From Eledone cirrhosa (lineage: Eukaryota): a stretch of DNA of 64,000 nt. Each line of letters opens with the position of its first letter. Position 1 is the stretch's first letter. The translations under genes and the position numbers were made by a program. The notes below the pieces were generated by a model. The model ran no database searches, had not been told where the DNA came from, and was given only the letters and a program-made list of their open reading frames with translations. The DNA is taken from positions 88,598,001 to 88,662,000 of the forward strand of contig OZ024741.1 in NCBI GenBank assembly GCA_964016885.1, given 5' to 3'. This document shows positions 1 through 12,941 of this stretch, piece after piece.

Positions 1-239
1 CTCGATATGTCGCTTACTCCGATGTTATTCGCATAAGTACAAAAATTCTAATTAGAAATACTTATGGGATGTGGGAAACGGTTAAATCTTATTTTAGAAA
101 GCGTAATTGACGAAAGTAAACTAAGAAAGGTGTATTCTTTTATTTACCAAAATAAATTAGGAGATGCGAGCTCTCTACAAGACAATAGAAAAAGAGCAAC
201 ATAAATACAATATCACAAACAATAAACAGAGCAAACTAA

Positions 240-690
240 TCTATAATCTCGTTATAATATATAACCAGCAATTTCTCTGTCTGTCTGTCTGTCCGACAGT
301 GGAAACACGTGCGCGCGTGCGAATGTTTTTTGCGCACGCGAAAGAGTGAGAGTGAAAGAAAGAGACAGACTACGAGAGGGGGATAGCGGGAGGGAGAGAG
401 TGAATAGACGCTAAAACACGTGCGCGCGTGCGAATGTTTTTTGCGCACGCGTAGAGAGAGAGAGTGAGAGTGAAAGAAAGAGACAGACTACAAGAGGGGG
501 ATAGCGGGAGGGAGAGAGAGGGGAATTGAGGAGTGCTACAGAAACATATATACATTTCTGTGTGTGTGTAATATATATATATATACACACACAGAAATAT
601 ATATATATATACACACAGAAATATATATACATTTCTGTGTGTGTAATATATATATATATACACACAGAAATATATATACATCTGTGTGTG

Positions 691-747
<57 letters not shown>

Positions 748-827
748 GAAATATATATACATTTCTGTGTGTGTAATATATATATATATACTAGCAGAAA
801 ACCACCTGGTGGGCGGTTTTCTGCTAG
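240..827 (+). mobile_element. Probable non-autonomous Helitron directly upstream of the 828-1755 element
   Basis: A|TCTATAAT...(CTGT)n 5' end, an internal duplication (about 303-400 and 415-520), and a terminal palindrome ending in CTAG. Confidence 0.5.
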
Positions 828-1755
828 TCTATATATATAAAACTGAGGATGTCTGTCTGTGTGTGTGTGTGTGAGTTTGAATCCCTAAAACTCGAGAACC
901 ACCCAACCGACTGTTTTGAAACTTTACACATGTAATACTTATGTTTCAGGGAGTGTTCTGAGCAAAGAAAATTTCAAATTTTCAATGCCCTAGGGACCGC
1001 ATTAGGCGATTTAGCAATCTCGCTCTATAATTCTTAGTCTTTCTCTTTTTAGATAGATACATACATATAACGTCACACCCTTATAATATCTGTCTGTATG
1101 TCTGGCTGGCTGTCTGCATTACGTCACTTCCCCGAGCATGTCTGTGTGTGTGTGTGTCTGAGTTTGAATCCCTAAAACTCGAGAAGTACCCAACCGATTT
1201 TTTCAAACTTTACATGTGTATTACTTATGTTTCAGGGAGTGTTATGCACATAAAAAATTCAACTTATTGATCTCCTAGGGCCCGCATTAGGTGAAAAACT
1301 GCGTTTTAAAAGCTTTTTAGGGTTTTTTGAGAGGTTACGCCAGACCGATTTCCTTGAAATTGTAACTATGCATTAGTCAGTCTCTTCTTCATACCGCGAG
1401 CAAAGAAAATCCAACATTTTTATGGCCTAGGGCTCGCATTAGGTGAAAAACTTCATTTTTTTTTAGCTTTTTATGGCTTTTTGAGGCGTTACGTCTAGCC
1501 GATTTTCCCGAAATTTCAAGGCATATTATGCACATAAAAAAATTATTTTCTTGATCCCCTAGGACCCACATTAGGTGAAAACCTGCATCTTTCCTGCTTC
1601 ATTGAGAAAAATCTTAAAGATTATCCAGCCATCAGAGTATTAGGTTTATTTCCTTTACATTTTGTCCAGGCATGCAGTTTTTCCACGATTAGGTCTGTTG
1701 GCGGCCCGCGTTCCTAAAATACCTTATCCCGTGCAACGCCGGGTACCACTGCTAG
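828..1755 (+). mobile_element. Non-autonomous Helitron
   Basis: 5' end TCTATATATATAAAACTG followed by (GTCT)/(GT)n. 3' hairpin cccgtgcaacgccggg then CTAG|T. Internal direct repeats at about 850-1000 and 1140-1290. Confidence 0.75.
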
Positions 1756-2407
1756 TAATAAATATAACAGATACAGTATAACAAATTTCAATCAATTTAA
1801 TGTGATAAAAAGAATGTAAATAAAATAAGGACAAAATTAAATTGCTACATATACACGAGTTAAATTTTTGTTAGTAGACCTTTTTCTCGAAGAACGAATC
1901 AGCTCGTATTCTGCGAGTTACACAACGACAATGCCACGACTTTCCATCAATGATCCACACACTGGCAGCTCGCCTAACACAGGCAACCGGCGCCTCAAAA
2001 ATCATTAGAGAGGTTTCCCAGTACTCCTCGCGACGCTGCTGTCTTTTGCTCTGGTGGTGGTTCGGTTGTCCACCCCTTTCTTTATATTTTCTTTAATATT
2101 GCAACATTAAAGGAATATATCCTTCTGAAAGAATCGCGAGCAATTTATGATGTTATTTAAGCATTTGTAATGTTATTTATGTATATATTTAAAACACATT
2201 TGTTATGTTATTCTACTGTAAATTTATTTATATGCTTTGTATATATCATATGTGTTTATATTTTCACTAAAAAGAAATACCAAGCTTTAGATAAAATAAT
2301 AAATAACTTCATTAACCTAGCAGTATTGCTACAAACAGTGTTTGCTAGCATGCGTTGAGCTGCTATCGACGTGATTTTTTTACCGAATATACTACTTTGA
2401 ACTGAAT

Positions 2408-2665
2408 GCACATGGCTTAGTGGTTAGGGTGTTCGACTCACAATCATCAGGTCGTGACTTCAATTCCCAGACAAAGAAACACCTTTTGTTCTTGAGCAAG
2501 ACACTTTATTTCACATTGCTCTAGTAAATTCAGCTGGCAAAAAGGAGTTCTACCTGTTATTCAAAGTGCCAGATTTGTCCAGTGTCACGCTGAATTTCCC
2601 GAGAATTTTCATTAACTTTACAAGCAAGCCGTTTCGTTGTTCGAACAACTGTTACACTCGTCAAA
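2408..2665 (+). mobile_element. tRNA-derived SINE, family B (representative copy)
   Basis: A-box tggcttagtggttag and a B-box-like (g)ttcaattcc, then ttgagcaagacactttatttcac.ttgctc...cagctgg. Other approximate copies: 3680-3890, 13800-14010, 45275-45420, 59950-60135(-). Confidence 0.7.
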
Positions 2666-3269
2666 ACGTCCTGCGTACTATAGTATGATTCAGATGAAGT
2701 TAATGAAATAATACGTTTTTTACTTTCATTTACCCTTTTTTTTTTTTTTGCATCTTTGACATTTTTAGTAGTCTAAAATAAGATTAATCGAAAAGTCCAC
2801 GGTAAGTATGGGAGACAACCCCCAACACATTTGGTCTTATTAGATATCCTCAGCAAACCATAGACATTACCCATTTCAAAATGGTAATTATTTAAAGGAC
2901 ACCCTAAACAGGTTATTGTCTATTTCGAAATGGTATTATCTTAATTACAAATTCGTAAGGTCCCTCAAATAGGACATTACTTTTTCGGACTGGGTAGTAA
3001 TTATTCTATTTGTAAGCCCCCCCCCCCCCACACACGTTTTAAAAGGGTACACTAAATAGCACATAACCTAATATTTTAAAATAGTAACATCCTATTTGAG
3101 GTGCCTTTTGAAGTTTTTAGGGTACCTTCAAATAGGAAATAAATTCATATTTTAAGGCTACCTTGTATAAGACGTCTAATATTTCGAAATGGTACCAACA
3201 ATTATTTCCTTGGTTCGATCAAACAATCGGTTTGTTTCCTCTTTTATATAAAGTGTATGTTTATTCATC

Positions 3270-3536
3270 GAATAGGCTACGTAGCCGGTAAACCATAAAG
3301 GGACGCAACACACATTGCTATAACGTTTCACTAGCTCCTTCCTTCTGTTATCTGTATGTTTATGTATTTACGTGTAGATGTGTATGTATGTCACTAAAGC
3401 GTAACGTACGTTACGAATGGACGACTAAATGATTTTAACAATTGATGGGGGAAAAGATTTCAAATTGTCTTAATTGTCTTAACTCGGGCCGCAACTCATA
3501 GTGTCTGGCACACTTACCGGCTACATAGCCTTTTCT
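3270..3536. mobile_element. MITE with TIRs of about 22 bp and a 9-10 bp TSD (MULE-like)
   Basis: gaataggctacgtagccggtaa ... ttaccggctacatagccttttc, flanked by tttattcatc at 3260-3269 and 3537-3546. Confidence 0.65.
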
Positions 3537-5577
3537 TTTATTCATCATGATTTTCTTCATTTAGTTGGCGACTAGTTCGTTAAGCTCCGACGGGGTTCCC
3601 CAAACATCTTAGCACTATTGACAATATTCTCGAAATTAATGAATGTTGTTATAACCTTTATATTAGAGCACTCGTGAAGGCGGGTTGCGTAGTGGTTATG
3701 GTGTTTGGTCATAGTCGTGAGTTCGATTACTTGTGGGGCGTTATGTCCATGAGCACGACACCTTATTTCATGTTTCTCAATTCCACTCAGCTGATACAGT
3801 CATGCTAAATCTCACCGAGAACTGCGTACAAGGTACACATGCCTGTGGAATGCTCATCAACTGGAACACTCGTCGTCGGAGCCGACTGAGATCCAACACA
3901 TTAAAGCAGTACAAATGAACTGAAAGTTCTTATTGCCTGCGAGATATGCATTGAAGATCCATAATTAACACTACTCCGTAACTAACATTATTGCGATAGA
4001 ATTATATTAATTGTTAATTTAATCTCATATCGTCTGCAATGTTAGTAGATACATTCGTATGCCGTGGGGAACAAGAGGATTCTGATATTTAGGACTTCAC
4101 TATATCAAGTTTGCCGACGCAGATTACGATCTGTTTTCTCGGACACTTAAAAAATATTGACTTTAGTGGATAGTAAAGTCATTAACTAAGAAAATTGAGA
4201 TCATCGTAGATATCAATAAGTTGGACTGCAGATATTGTATGTTCACTGTTTGTGATGTTGTACACTCACTTAGCTACGCAAAAGAAACTATGTACATGAC
4301 GCACTTTTGGTAGGTAACCACATTTAATTCTAGACAATAGGAGAAATTGCGATTGTTAATTTTTTCCGTGAAACAAGTCCCGCTTGAACATTTTACTTGT
4401 TGCTCATTATGTTAACACCGGGTGGAAAGTAGTATATTGTTTTTAATTATTTTATCGACTCCGGAAGGATGAAAGGCATAGTTGACCTCGGCGAAATTTG
4501 AATTCAGAATGTAGAAAGTCGTATGTAAATACTGCAAGTCCGACGCTCCAGCGATACTGCCAATCCACTGCGTTCTACTACAAAAAAGGGTGGGAAGCGA
4601 GTACATAGAATCTCTATTCAAGCATGTTTCTCGTTTTACTTCCACATAATAGGTATATTATAGACGTTATGCAAAAATACGGAATTTTTGTGATCAAATC
4701 GGAGTTTTAAACTTGCAGATTGTATGCACATCTCTATATGGTTATGCCCTGATATTCAGACCAGTTTTAAATCAGAATTTTGGCTCATAAGCAGATGTTA
4801 TTGGGTGGATTCAGAGATGACCTTGCTAAAACTGCTTTTTTCTTTTTACGGGAATGGATACATTAATTACTTGTATATTATTCAATTATGATTACAACCT
4901 CAATTTCCAATTCATATCTGTGTTGTTGTTGGCCCTCCGTCCGTTCCAAAGATGAGTGTTCCGGTTGATATGATGGACGGAACAGCTACTCTTGAAATTA
5001 ATGTGCAAGTGGTTAAGAATTCCACAGAGACGTGTACCCTTTATCTCCGGAAGATTGCTTCGTGTATCAGCTGTTGTATAGGAGCAGTTATCTCCCTTTA
5101 ATATATGAATCTAAAAAAAACTGTTATGACCAATAGTTGTCTCCCCCAAAACTCGATAATAATTGTTTCTACTTTTGGTACAAGGCTAGCAATCACCCAG
5201 TTCATTACTGGTACTTTATTTTATCGACCCCGTAAGGATGAAAGGCAAAGTTAACCTCGGCTGGATTTGAACTCAGAATGTCAAGGGCCGTAACTATGCG
5301 TCAAAGCATGGCGTTCGACCCTCTACCGATACTGCCAATCCACCGCCAAAACTCGATAATAATGAAGTTAGTCCTGAAATACCCTTTAGCCAGTTACGTC
5401 AGACTCAATGTGTGAACGTTGGTGTGACGCATCCAATGAGAATATTATAAAGGATTAAGAAAGGTGACTATTTTGTCACATTCTTCCAAGAGCCAATGGG
5501 GGGTGGGGGTGACTCTGGAGTTATTCAACCTGCTAGAAATAACAGCTATATATCTTAAATCACACCATGCCATCTTA

Positions 5578-5970
5578 CGAGAGCGGGCTGAAATGTTCAT
5601 AGGCTGACTATAAAGGAGTGATGCTAGAGCTGTGAAATTTTGCCTGTATTAATTCAAAGTCCTTTTATCAATAACTGCATTGTTTCTTTCCAGGTAAACT
5701 GACATCTGACTGTTCAAAGAAAACTTCTAAAGTAACTAGTAGTGACTTCTCTTGAAATGGACAACTGGCACCGTGGTGTTATCAAGTACTTGCAGAAAAA
5801 GGGTTTAGAACCCAAGGACATTCATGCTGACATGGTTGCTACATTAGGGGATGATGCTCCAGCTTTATCAACAGTACAAAAGTGGGCAGTTGAATTTAAG
5901 AGGGGAAGGGAGAGTCTTGAAGATGACCCAAAGTCTGAAGGTCCTGCAACTGCCCCCACCAAGGAAAACA
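5578..5970 (+). mobile_element. Truncated mariner element with left TIR and N-terminal HTH of the transposase
   Basis: TA followed by cgagagcgggctgaaatgttcataggctgac. ORF reads HRGVIKYLQKKGL.PKDIHADMVATLGDDAPALSTVQKW..EFKRGRESLEDDP. Confidence 0.85.
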
Positions 5971-6615
5971 AAAAATAAAAAAGAGTGCGATATGTGATTC
6001 CAAATACATGTACTAGAAATACCACAGAGGACAACGACATGAAGTACATTGGGTGTTTGGCACAATGGAGAAAAACACAAGATGTTATCTCATTGATATC
6101 ACTGACTGTTCTTGAGAAACACTTTGCCCCATTACTAAACACTGGATTCTACCAAGTACATGTTTAATCTCTGATGATGGGGATTTAGGAGAATCATATA
6201 TGCATAGTCAATTTCCTCTGTGAACGAATTTTACAAATTTTGTGTTATGACATCAGTTTCACTGTTGCATTTTGTTTGCGTGTGTGATATCAGTTCCAGT
6301 AAAATAGGATTCAATCACATTCTGAATCAATATTATTAAAGCTGTTGCATATTTCAAGTAAATCACACTGGAGTGTGAGAGTGGTAGTGGTAGCAACAAC
6401 GATTTTTTAATTTTTTTTATCTCAAACGATGATTTGTGCACACACACAAATAAAACATTTTAAAATGTTACATAGATCTTTAATACTTGGTGGTTGTTTC
6501 TAATTAAACTGTGGAATTTCTACGGAGTCAGAATGCATTGAACTTAACTGACTTTTCCCTCCCCACAAATCATTGGTCTTGTGCCTAAATTATAAATCAT
6601 TATTATTGGGTAAAA

Positions 6616-6802
6616 GGGCGGTGAATTGGCAGTATCGGTAGAGGGTCGGACATGCTTTCCAGCATAGTTACGTCCCTTTACGATCTGAGTTCAAATCCCG
6701 CCGAGGTTGACTTTACCTTTCATCCATACAGGGTCGATAAAATAAAGTACCAGTAATGTACTGGATAACTGCTGGCCTTGTGCCAAAAGTAGAAACAATT
6801 AT
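6616..6802 (+). mobile_element. tRNA-derived SINE, family A (representative copy)
   Basis: Consensus ggcggtg..tggcagtatcggtagag...gagttcaaatcccgccgaggtt.actttgcctttcatcc...gggtcgataaaataaagtaccagt...(att)n. Other approximate copies: 4440-4568(-), 5160-5347(-), 9668-9853, 13149-13341, 14782-14975(-), 27570-27655(-), 56505-56682, 57325-57540, 57797-58012. Confidence 0.8.
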
Positions 6803-7460
6803 TATTGGGTAAATTTACAGAAAAACATTCAGCTGTCCAGATAGAAATTATTTTTTTGTTGTCCATGTGTTTTCAACAAATCTGACCTCCAAATCCGTTG
6901 GAAAGTAATGATAATGATAAAATGGGAGGTGTAGGATCATGTACGACATGTATGTTCGGCTATGTCTCTACATCAGTTTACAAAAATAAATCAAAATAAA
7001 AACATCCTGATTTCGTTGTTCTGTAAAAGCTCAATGCAAATTAAATACGAAAAAATCTTATACCAGAGCATAATCATACAATATTACAGAAATAATATAA
7101 TATGACAAGGCAGAAAATAATCAAAATATAAAATTATTATGTACATTATTAATTATAGCTATATATATTATATACACTCTAACCTGCCTTGCTGCCTCAA
7201 CGTTCCCACATTTGTCATGAGGTACAGTTAACTAAAATACAAATCAATTGTAAAAAAAACTCCAATTCATTTTAACCCAGCCATATCCAGCCAAAATTCT
7301 CTCACCTCTTTCTGTTTAACTGGCTGCTCATATTGATGTTAAGGTATTGTTCGCAAAATAAATGATATTGAAAAAATAGACTGCAAGAATTTCATGTTCC
7401 CTCCTCCCTTATTGTCTAAAGACCGAAACTAGCAGCGAAAAACAAGAAGAGATTAATGTA

Positions 7461-7470
7461 TTTATTTATT
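7461..7470 (-). terminator. Candidate polyadenylation signal (overlapping AATAAATAAA) for TRIT1
   Basis: The plus strand reads tttatttatt just downstream of the predicted stop. The AT-rich context lowers specificity. Confidence 0.4.
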
Positions 7471-7517
7471 TAAAATATTAATAAAAAATTATAATTTTGT
7501 AGAAATCTCTCTGCTGC

Positions 7518-7570
7518 TTATTGCTCTACTTCTTGAATTACTTTCCCTTTGATGTCCTCATTTTGGGTTA
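7518..7570 (-). CDS. TRIT1: Probable TRIT1 terminal coding exon: (V)TQNEDIKGKVIQEVEQ*
   Basis: Acceptor ttttcag, phase 1 matches the upstream donor, TAA at 7518-7520, and AATAAA about 50 nt downstream. No conserved motif, so support comes from splice signals only. Confidence 0.65.
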
Positions 7571-8329
7571 CTGAAAAATATTAAGTTTTCATTATAATTG
7601 CATGTTAGATAATGTTGGTTACGACATATTTATCCCTGTTTCCCCCACTGGGATAGAGAAGGCTTTTCAGTTGAGTCAATGACTGACAACTTCTCTAGTG
7701 CTGGTAACTATGATCAAATGCACTCAGTAAAAAGGACCCTTCTATCAGGACACACCTTCTCAATGGCTGGTGCCACAAAAAAAAAAATTAACCCAGTACA
7801 CGTAAGGTGGTTGGTGAGAGGAAAAAACCCAGCAGCTGTAGAAACCATGCCAAAAAAGTACTCTAGTTGCGTCAAGGACACAACAACCTCTCTAGTATAG
7901 GTGCCACAATAAAACACAAACAGTACACTTTGTAAAGTGGTTGAGGATAGGAAGGACATACAGTCATAGAAAACCTGTGAAATCAAGTCAAGAGGTCTCT
8001 TCAGTTGTGTCAAAGAAATGACAACGCACCTAGTGCTGGTGTCATGATGATATGCACTGTTGAGTGTTAGAATGTGAGATGTGGGCCAGAAGCTCTGAAT
8101 AAATGCTGACCTGTCCAACCTTTGTTAGCAAGGAAGACAGACATTAAATGATAATGATTATGATAAAATTCTTGAAAATGTTCATTCTAAAACTAACTTC
8201 TAACATTGAAACGTTCTATAACGATTCTTTCCCTTGCACTGTGTCATCTGTCAAAGAAGCCGTACTCACGAACCAATATAACATGCAACGTTTTTCGAAA
8301 TATTTACATCTGCGTTCACAGATTGATTT

Positions 8330-8810
8330 TTTTAGTTTCAGAAGATCCCGTTAAGGGTGAAAGCAGCGATTCTTTGCTTAAACTTTAATATGTTATTTTA
8401 ATATAGATATTTGTGTACAGATACTTTTGCATTCACAAAAACAAAATATAAACAAACAAGGCTGGCGATTACATAGTCACATGCATCACTGACAAATATT
8501 TTTTGCATACACAAAAACAAAATATAAACAAACAAGGCCAACGATTACATCAGTTAGTCTTAGTGTACTTCATACTGCTTTTAGGTAGAAGATCCCGTTA
8601 AGGGTGAAAGCAGTGATTCTTTGCTTAAACTTTAATCTGTTATTTTAATATATATATAATTATATATTCGTGTACAGATATTTTTGCATACACAATAACA
8701 AAATATAAACAAACGTATTTATTTCACGAGGCTCGATAAGGATAAATATATATATCAAATATATAAGAACCCTAGAGCAAATCCCGAGCAACGCCGGGCC
8801 ATTCTACTAG
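8330..8810 (+). mobile_element. Helitron 3' portion (5' boundary not determined)
   Basis: cccgagcaacgccggg hairpin followed by CTAG|T at 8807-8811. Internal direct repeat at 8341-8460 and 8589-8713. Confidence 0.6.
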
Positions 8811-9505
8811 TAATATTATAAAATACAGAAGCTTAACCATGCAAGTGTGAACTGTAACAGCAAAACAAGTGTAAAAGGTGGGACTCTAGGGTGCACATAG
8901 CTTTTCATACTGGCATGGTTGGGAGGGAGAGTGAGTGAACAAGCAGTGTCTGGCAGTACAATGTAGGTACAGCTGTCTTTCTATGCTGGCATGGGTTGGA
9001 CAGAGGAGGAGGAATCAGAGAAGATGGAAGGCAGCACCCTAAATATTGTTACATCTTTCTGCCTTTGAAACCTTCTTCCCATACTTGTTCCATCCCATTC
9101 ATGTGAGTCTTTTGTAGTATGGTATATTGCCAGTTGGCAACATTTTGAGGTCAGTCTTCACCATGGTTTTGAGTGCCCTGCAGCTCTCATCCTTCATACA
9201 CATCATATGGCCATACCAACAGTTTTCTCTCAGCCTATTAATGCTTTGTCATTCATGCACACCTTATTTCTTTCTAGTCTTTGCAAATCCTCTGTGCTCA
9301 AGTCTCACTTCCATGCAGCTTTACAATTTGCACACAGGCATCATGCAATCTGCCCTTGACTTTGAAAGGAGCCCCTTTGCAATCGGCAGAAATAGTAACT
9401 CCCTGAACTTTTTCCATCTGGTACTCACCTTGGAAGCCATCTGAACATTTGATTCATAGTATTACAATGAAAAGTTTTAGTGCCCTCACAAATCATTGTT
9501 TTTAC

Positions 9506-9574
9506 CTTGATTTATTAAATCCAGAGCTTTTTTTCTCGCCAAATTTTTCTTGTGTTTCCGGCTTGCCATATGTA
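9506..9574 (-). CDS. TRIT1: TRIT1 exon: (L)HMASRKHKKNLARKKALDLINQ (second half of the zinc finger, HxxxxxH)
   Basis: Completes C-x2-C-x13-H-x5-H in frame with the previous exon. Acceptor ttttcag, donor gtaaaa. 69 bp. Confidence 0.87.
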
Positions 9575-9853
9575 CTGAAAATAAAAACAATATTTTATAC
9601 ATTTCTATAAGATGTGGTCATTTATCTTCTCTTGTATATATATGTATGTATATATAGTATTATTGAGGTGGATTGGCAGTATAGGTAGAGGGTCGGACGC
9701 CATGCTTTCCAGCATAGTTACGTCCCTTTACGGTCTGAGTTCAAATCCCGTCGAGGTTGACTTTGCCTTTCATCCTTATGGGGTCGATAAAATAAAGTAC
9801 CAGTAATGCGCTGGGTAATTGCTGGCCTTGTGCCTAAAGTAGAAACAATTATT

Positions 9854-10800
9854 GAGTTAATATCTGTATACAACATCTACAGCGGTACACGATGGGGCCC
9901 ACCCACAGCCCCGGTGGACAGAATGGAGAAGGCGTTTCCCCAGAGGACGGCAAGGGAGATGCGCTGGAAAAGCCGATGCGCTGGAAAAGCCACTCCAACT
10001 CGCGGGGCTCACACCTGCGGCTGGCCAGCTCAGCGCCTATGGTGGTGAGTAAGGAGGTAGCCCTGGGGCCGAGGACACCAGAAGTCTCCACTGCAGAAAG
10101 TGTTGGTGCAAGTGGCATCCCAGACGAAGGGTTTGCCACCGCGGAACGGGAAGATGGTCATGTCATCTGGCCGCCCCCTCGATCCAGCCCCACCGGCTTG
10201 AGCTGGGAAGGGAAGCCTGCAGCGTCCAAGCCATGCTTAATGACCTCGTTGAGGGCTGCATGGCGTAGAATGCGGCCGGCACTGTGGTAACAGGAAAGCG
10301 GGTGGAGGCCGAAAGAGTCCACGGTGGAACCGCAGCGACATTGGTGTGGCTGGCAGATCCGGAGGCCGAGCCACAGGGAAACGCCGATGCACAGGCATGG
10401 TTGTCTAGCTGCATGCCAGTGGAGAAGGAGCCAGGCACCACTGTGGGGTTTGGAGGCCGCACGAAAACAAGCAAGGTGGTGCTGGTCAAGCTGGCGCGTA
10501 GCCTGTCTGAGGCCAGGCTGCACTGGATGGCATCCCACGTGCGTTCGGGGGACTTGATGTCAACAGGAGGAGGGACGTCTAGGCTGAGTCCCAGCCGGTC
10601 CCACGTCTCACAGGCGGCCTCACGTTCTCTGAACATAGAGGGTTCTGTTGTGTTTTGAAGAACCCTGCTGACGAGGACGCGGCACGAGGTAACTGACGAA
10701 GATACGCCGGTAAAGCTAGTGAGATCGGGGACCGGAAGCCAAGACCGCCATACCTGACAGGTAAAGTGGCCTGTTGCCACCCTATGTCGTCAAACTTGAT
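9854..10800 (-). mobile_element. 3' part of a CRE-like non-LTR retrotransposon with a zinc knuckle and restriction-like endonuclease, frameshifted
   Basis: Overlapping minus-strand ORFs read PHSGAWL...LGLRICQPHQCRCGSTVDSFGLHPLSC..SAGRILRHAALN...PVGLDRG..MT and AVETSGVLGP...LFQRI. This is the CRE/RLE C-terminal signature. GC-rich relative to the host. Confidence 0.8.
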
Positions 10801-12469
10801 GTTGCATATCTTCTCGGCTGCTACTCAGATACAAGTCTCAGTGTAGCCATATCCGGCCAGAATTCTCTCACCTCTTTCAGTTCAAACTGGCAGATTCAAT
10901 ATTATGTGAGATAATTATGCAAGATAAAGCCTTTTACAGTGAAAATACAATAGTATATATAGAGTAATGTAAATGCTAATGGGTTACTCCTTTCACAACT
11001 GTATTTCTAATGAAATACACTCTATTTCAGTTAGTTGTTGAAGAATTTTGAGAGATTTACTAATTATTATTTTATTAATAAGGTATTATGATTCATATAT
11101 GAAATTATTTTGACAAATTTTAATTCAAAATAGAAACCCTTTAAAATGGCTGGTTCCTCCCTTCTTGGAACTAGAGCTAGTTTTGGGTAGGTTGGTATGA
11201 AAAGGTATCTTCAAATTAAAGACCTGACCTGAATGACTGCAACAGTGTGGAATTCACTAAAGACACCCAAGGATAAGATGGTGGTGTTAAACTGAACAAC
11301 AACCATTTTCATTTTACTTCAAATCATTTCAACATGTTAGTAAAATAGGAAACAACTGGACTTTGTTGAAAGACGTAAGCAAGTAAAGTATATTTTGCTG
11401 AAAGGCTCAATATGACAGTTAAAATTTGAACTAATCTCTATAAAATCACAACATGCAAAGAAGATAGAGAGCTAAGCTAGATACAGAAAAAAAACTTGCA
11501 TTTATAAAAGAAATTATCACTATCATAATTTTATCTGCTTTCCTGGAAGAGGTTAGGTGAATTGTCATAGTCTGTTATTTAGAGTTACTGTCCTCCTAGT
11601 TGGGTTGGTGGGCCATATATTTCTTGTGCATATTTTAGCATGGTCGAATACCCTTCCTAATAAACAACTTCTTGACAACGTGTACCGGGTGCATTTTATT
11701 GTGGCACAAGCACTAGAGTTGTTATGAATTCACCAGGACTAAAGACTCCTCTCTACCCCGATGTCTCCATTCATTTGATAGTCACTTTACAGATTGTACT
11801 GAGCACTGTTTAACATGACATTAGCACTACAGAGGTTGCCTTGTCACAAGATTAAAAGGTCCTCTCTTCTACATTGTCTTCATTCATTGAAGGCAAACAT
11901 ATCAGAGATTGAGTGAGTAAATACATCATAAAGGGAACAGTGAGTTGGGAATGCTAAATCAGTTTCAAGTTTAAAAACCAAAGAAATGTCTAAATTCACT
12001 AAAGTTTACTGAAGTTCACTAAAGGTTAACTGAGTTAACATCCAAACTATTTTACAGGATACCTTTATTGCACAAAGTAATTTGTGTAAAGCATCAAGCT
12101 GTACTCTTTAATATAGTGCTTCACTTTACTGACATCAAACTTTTTAAAGAGAGCTGTTATTGCTTTTTCGTTCCTCAGAAAATATGTACAAGTAATATAT
12201 TGAGTAGGTGGTGAATTAGCAGAGTTGTTAAAACACTGGACAAAATACTCTACAGTATTCATTCCAGCTTTATGTGAGGTCAACTTTGATGTAGTATTAT
12301 AACTAACCTTCTCCTTATTAATCTGGTGTTTGGAGCTTAAGAAAGGTATTTAAATTTAAAAAAAAACACTTTAAAGCAGTTTTATATTGTCGAACCATGC
12401 TTAGTCTTGAGGGTGAAAGAATAGTGTTGACCATCACAAGTGAGTCTAATGTAATTGATATTCAAGATA

Positions 12470-12665
12470 GGTTTGTGGTAGAGCCTGTAGCAGTGGAAAC
12501 TTCTGGCATTCTTGGCCTCTGGACCACATCCCTACTCACTGCTAATGGAACAGAGTTGGCTGCCTGCGAGGTGGAGTGGCTATTATAGCACGTCTCCCTC
12601 ATTGTCCTCGGCGGCAATGCTTTCTCCATCCTGTCAGCTGGGACCCAAGTTAGCTGGAAATGGAG
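12470..12665 (+). mobile_element. CRE-like 3'-end fragment
   Basis: PVAVETSGILG...WLL, then attgtcctcggcggcaatgctttctccatcctg, matching the end of the 9.9 kb copy. Confidence 0.65.
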
Positions 12666-12941
12666 GATACTCATTCAGACGTCACTCATTTCTTCTTATC
12701 ACACCACTTTCACTCACTCAATCTTCGATCTCATTTGACCAATAGAACAGATGTTTAATATCTAAATTAATGTCTAGAGGGAATTCGAGAGGATGGAAGC
12801 ATTGGGGAAAGTGATTGGTGCACTACTATTACATTATAGGACTGAAGCTTGTATTCTGTTTGTGCCCCTTAAGAATTTTATTATTTAACATATTGATGGT
12901 ATTGCTTCTACTATCATTATAAGAGAGAGAGAATAACTTAC

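Noticed and set aside
2408-2475. tRNA-like A/B-box sequence
   Set aside because: No complete cloverleaf, and it continues into a repeated SINE body. It is a SINE head, not a tRNA gene.
7414-7436. ctaaagaccgaaactagc, resembling a hammerhead core
   Set aside because: CUGA is altered, and there is no stem II or cleavage triplet.
9892-10658. GC-rich plus-strand ORFs
   Set aside because: They are antisense frames of the CRE-like retrotransposon fragment.
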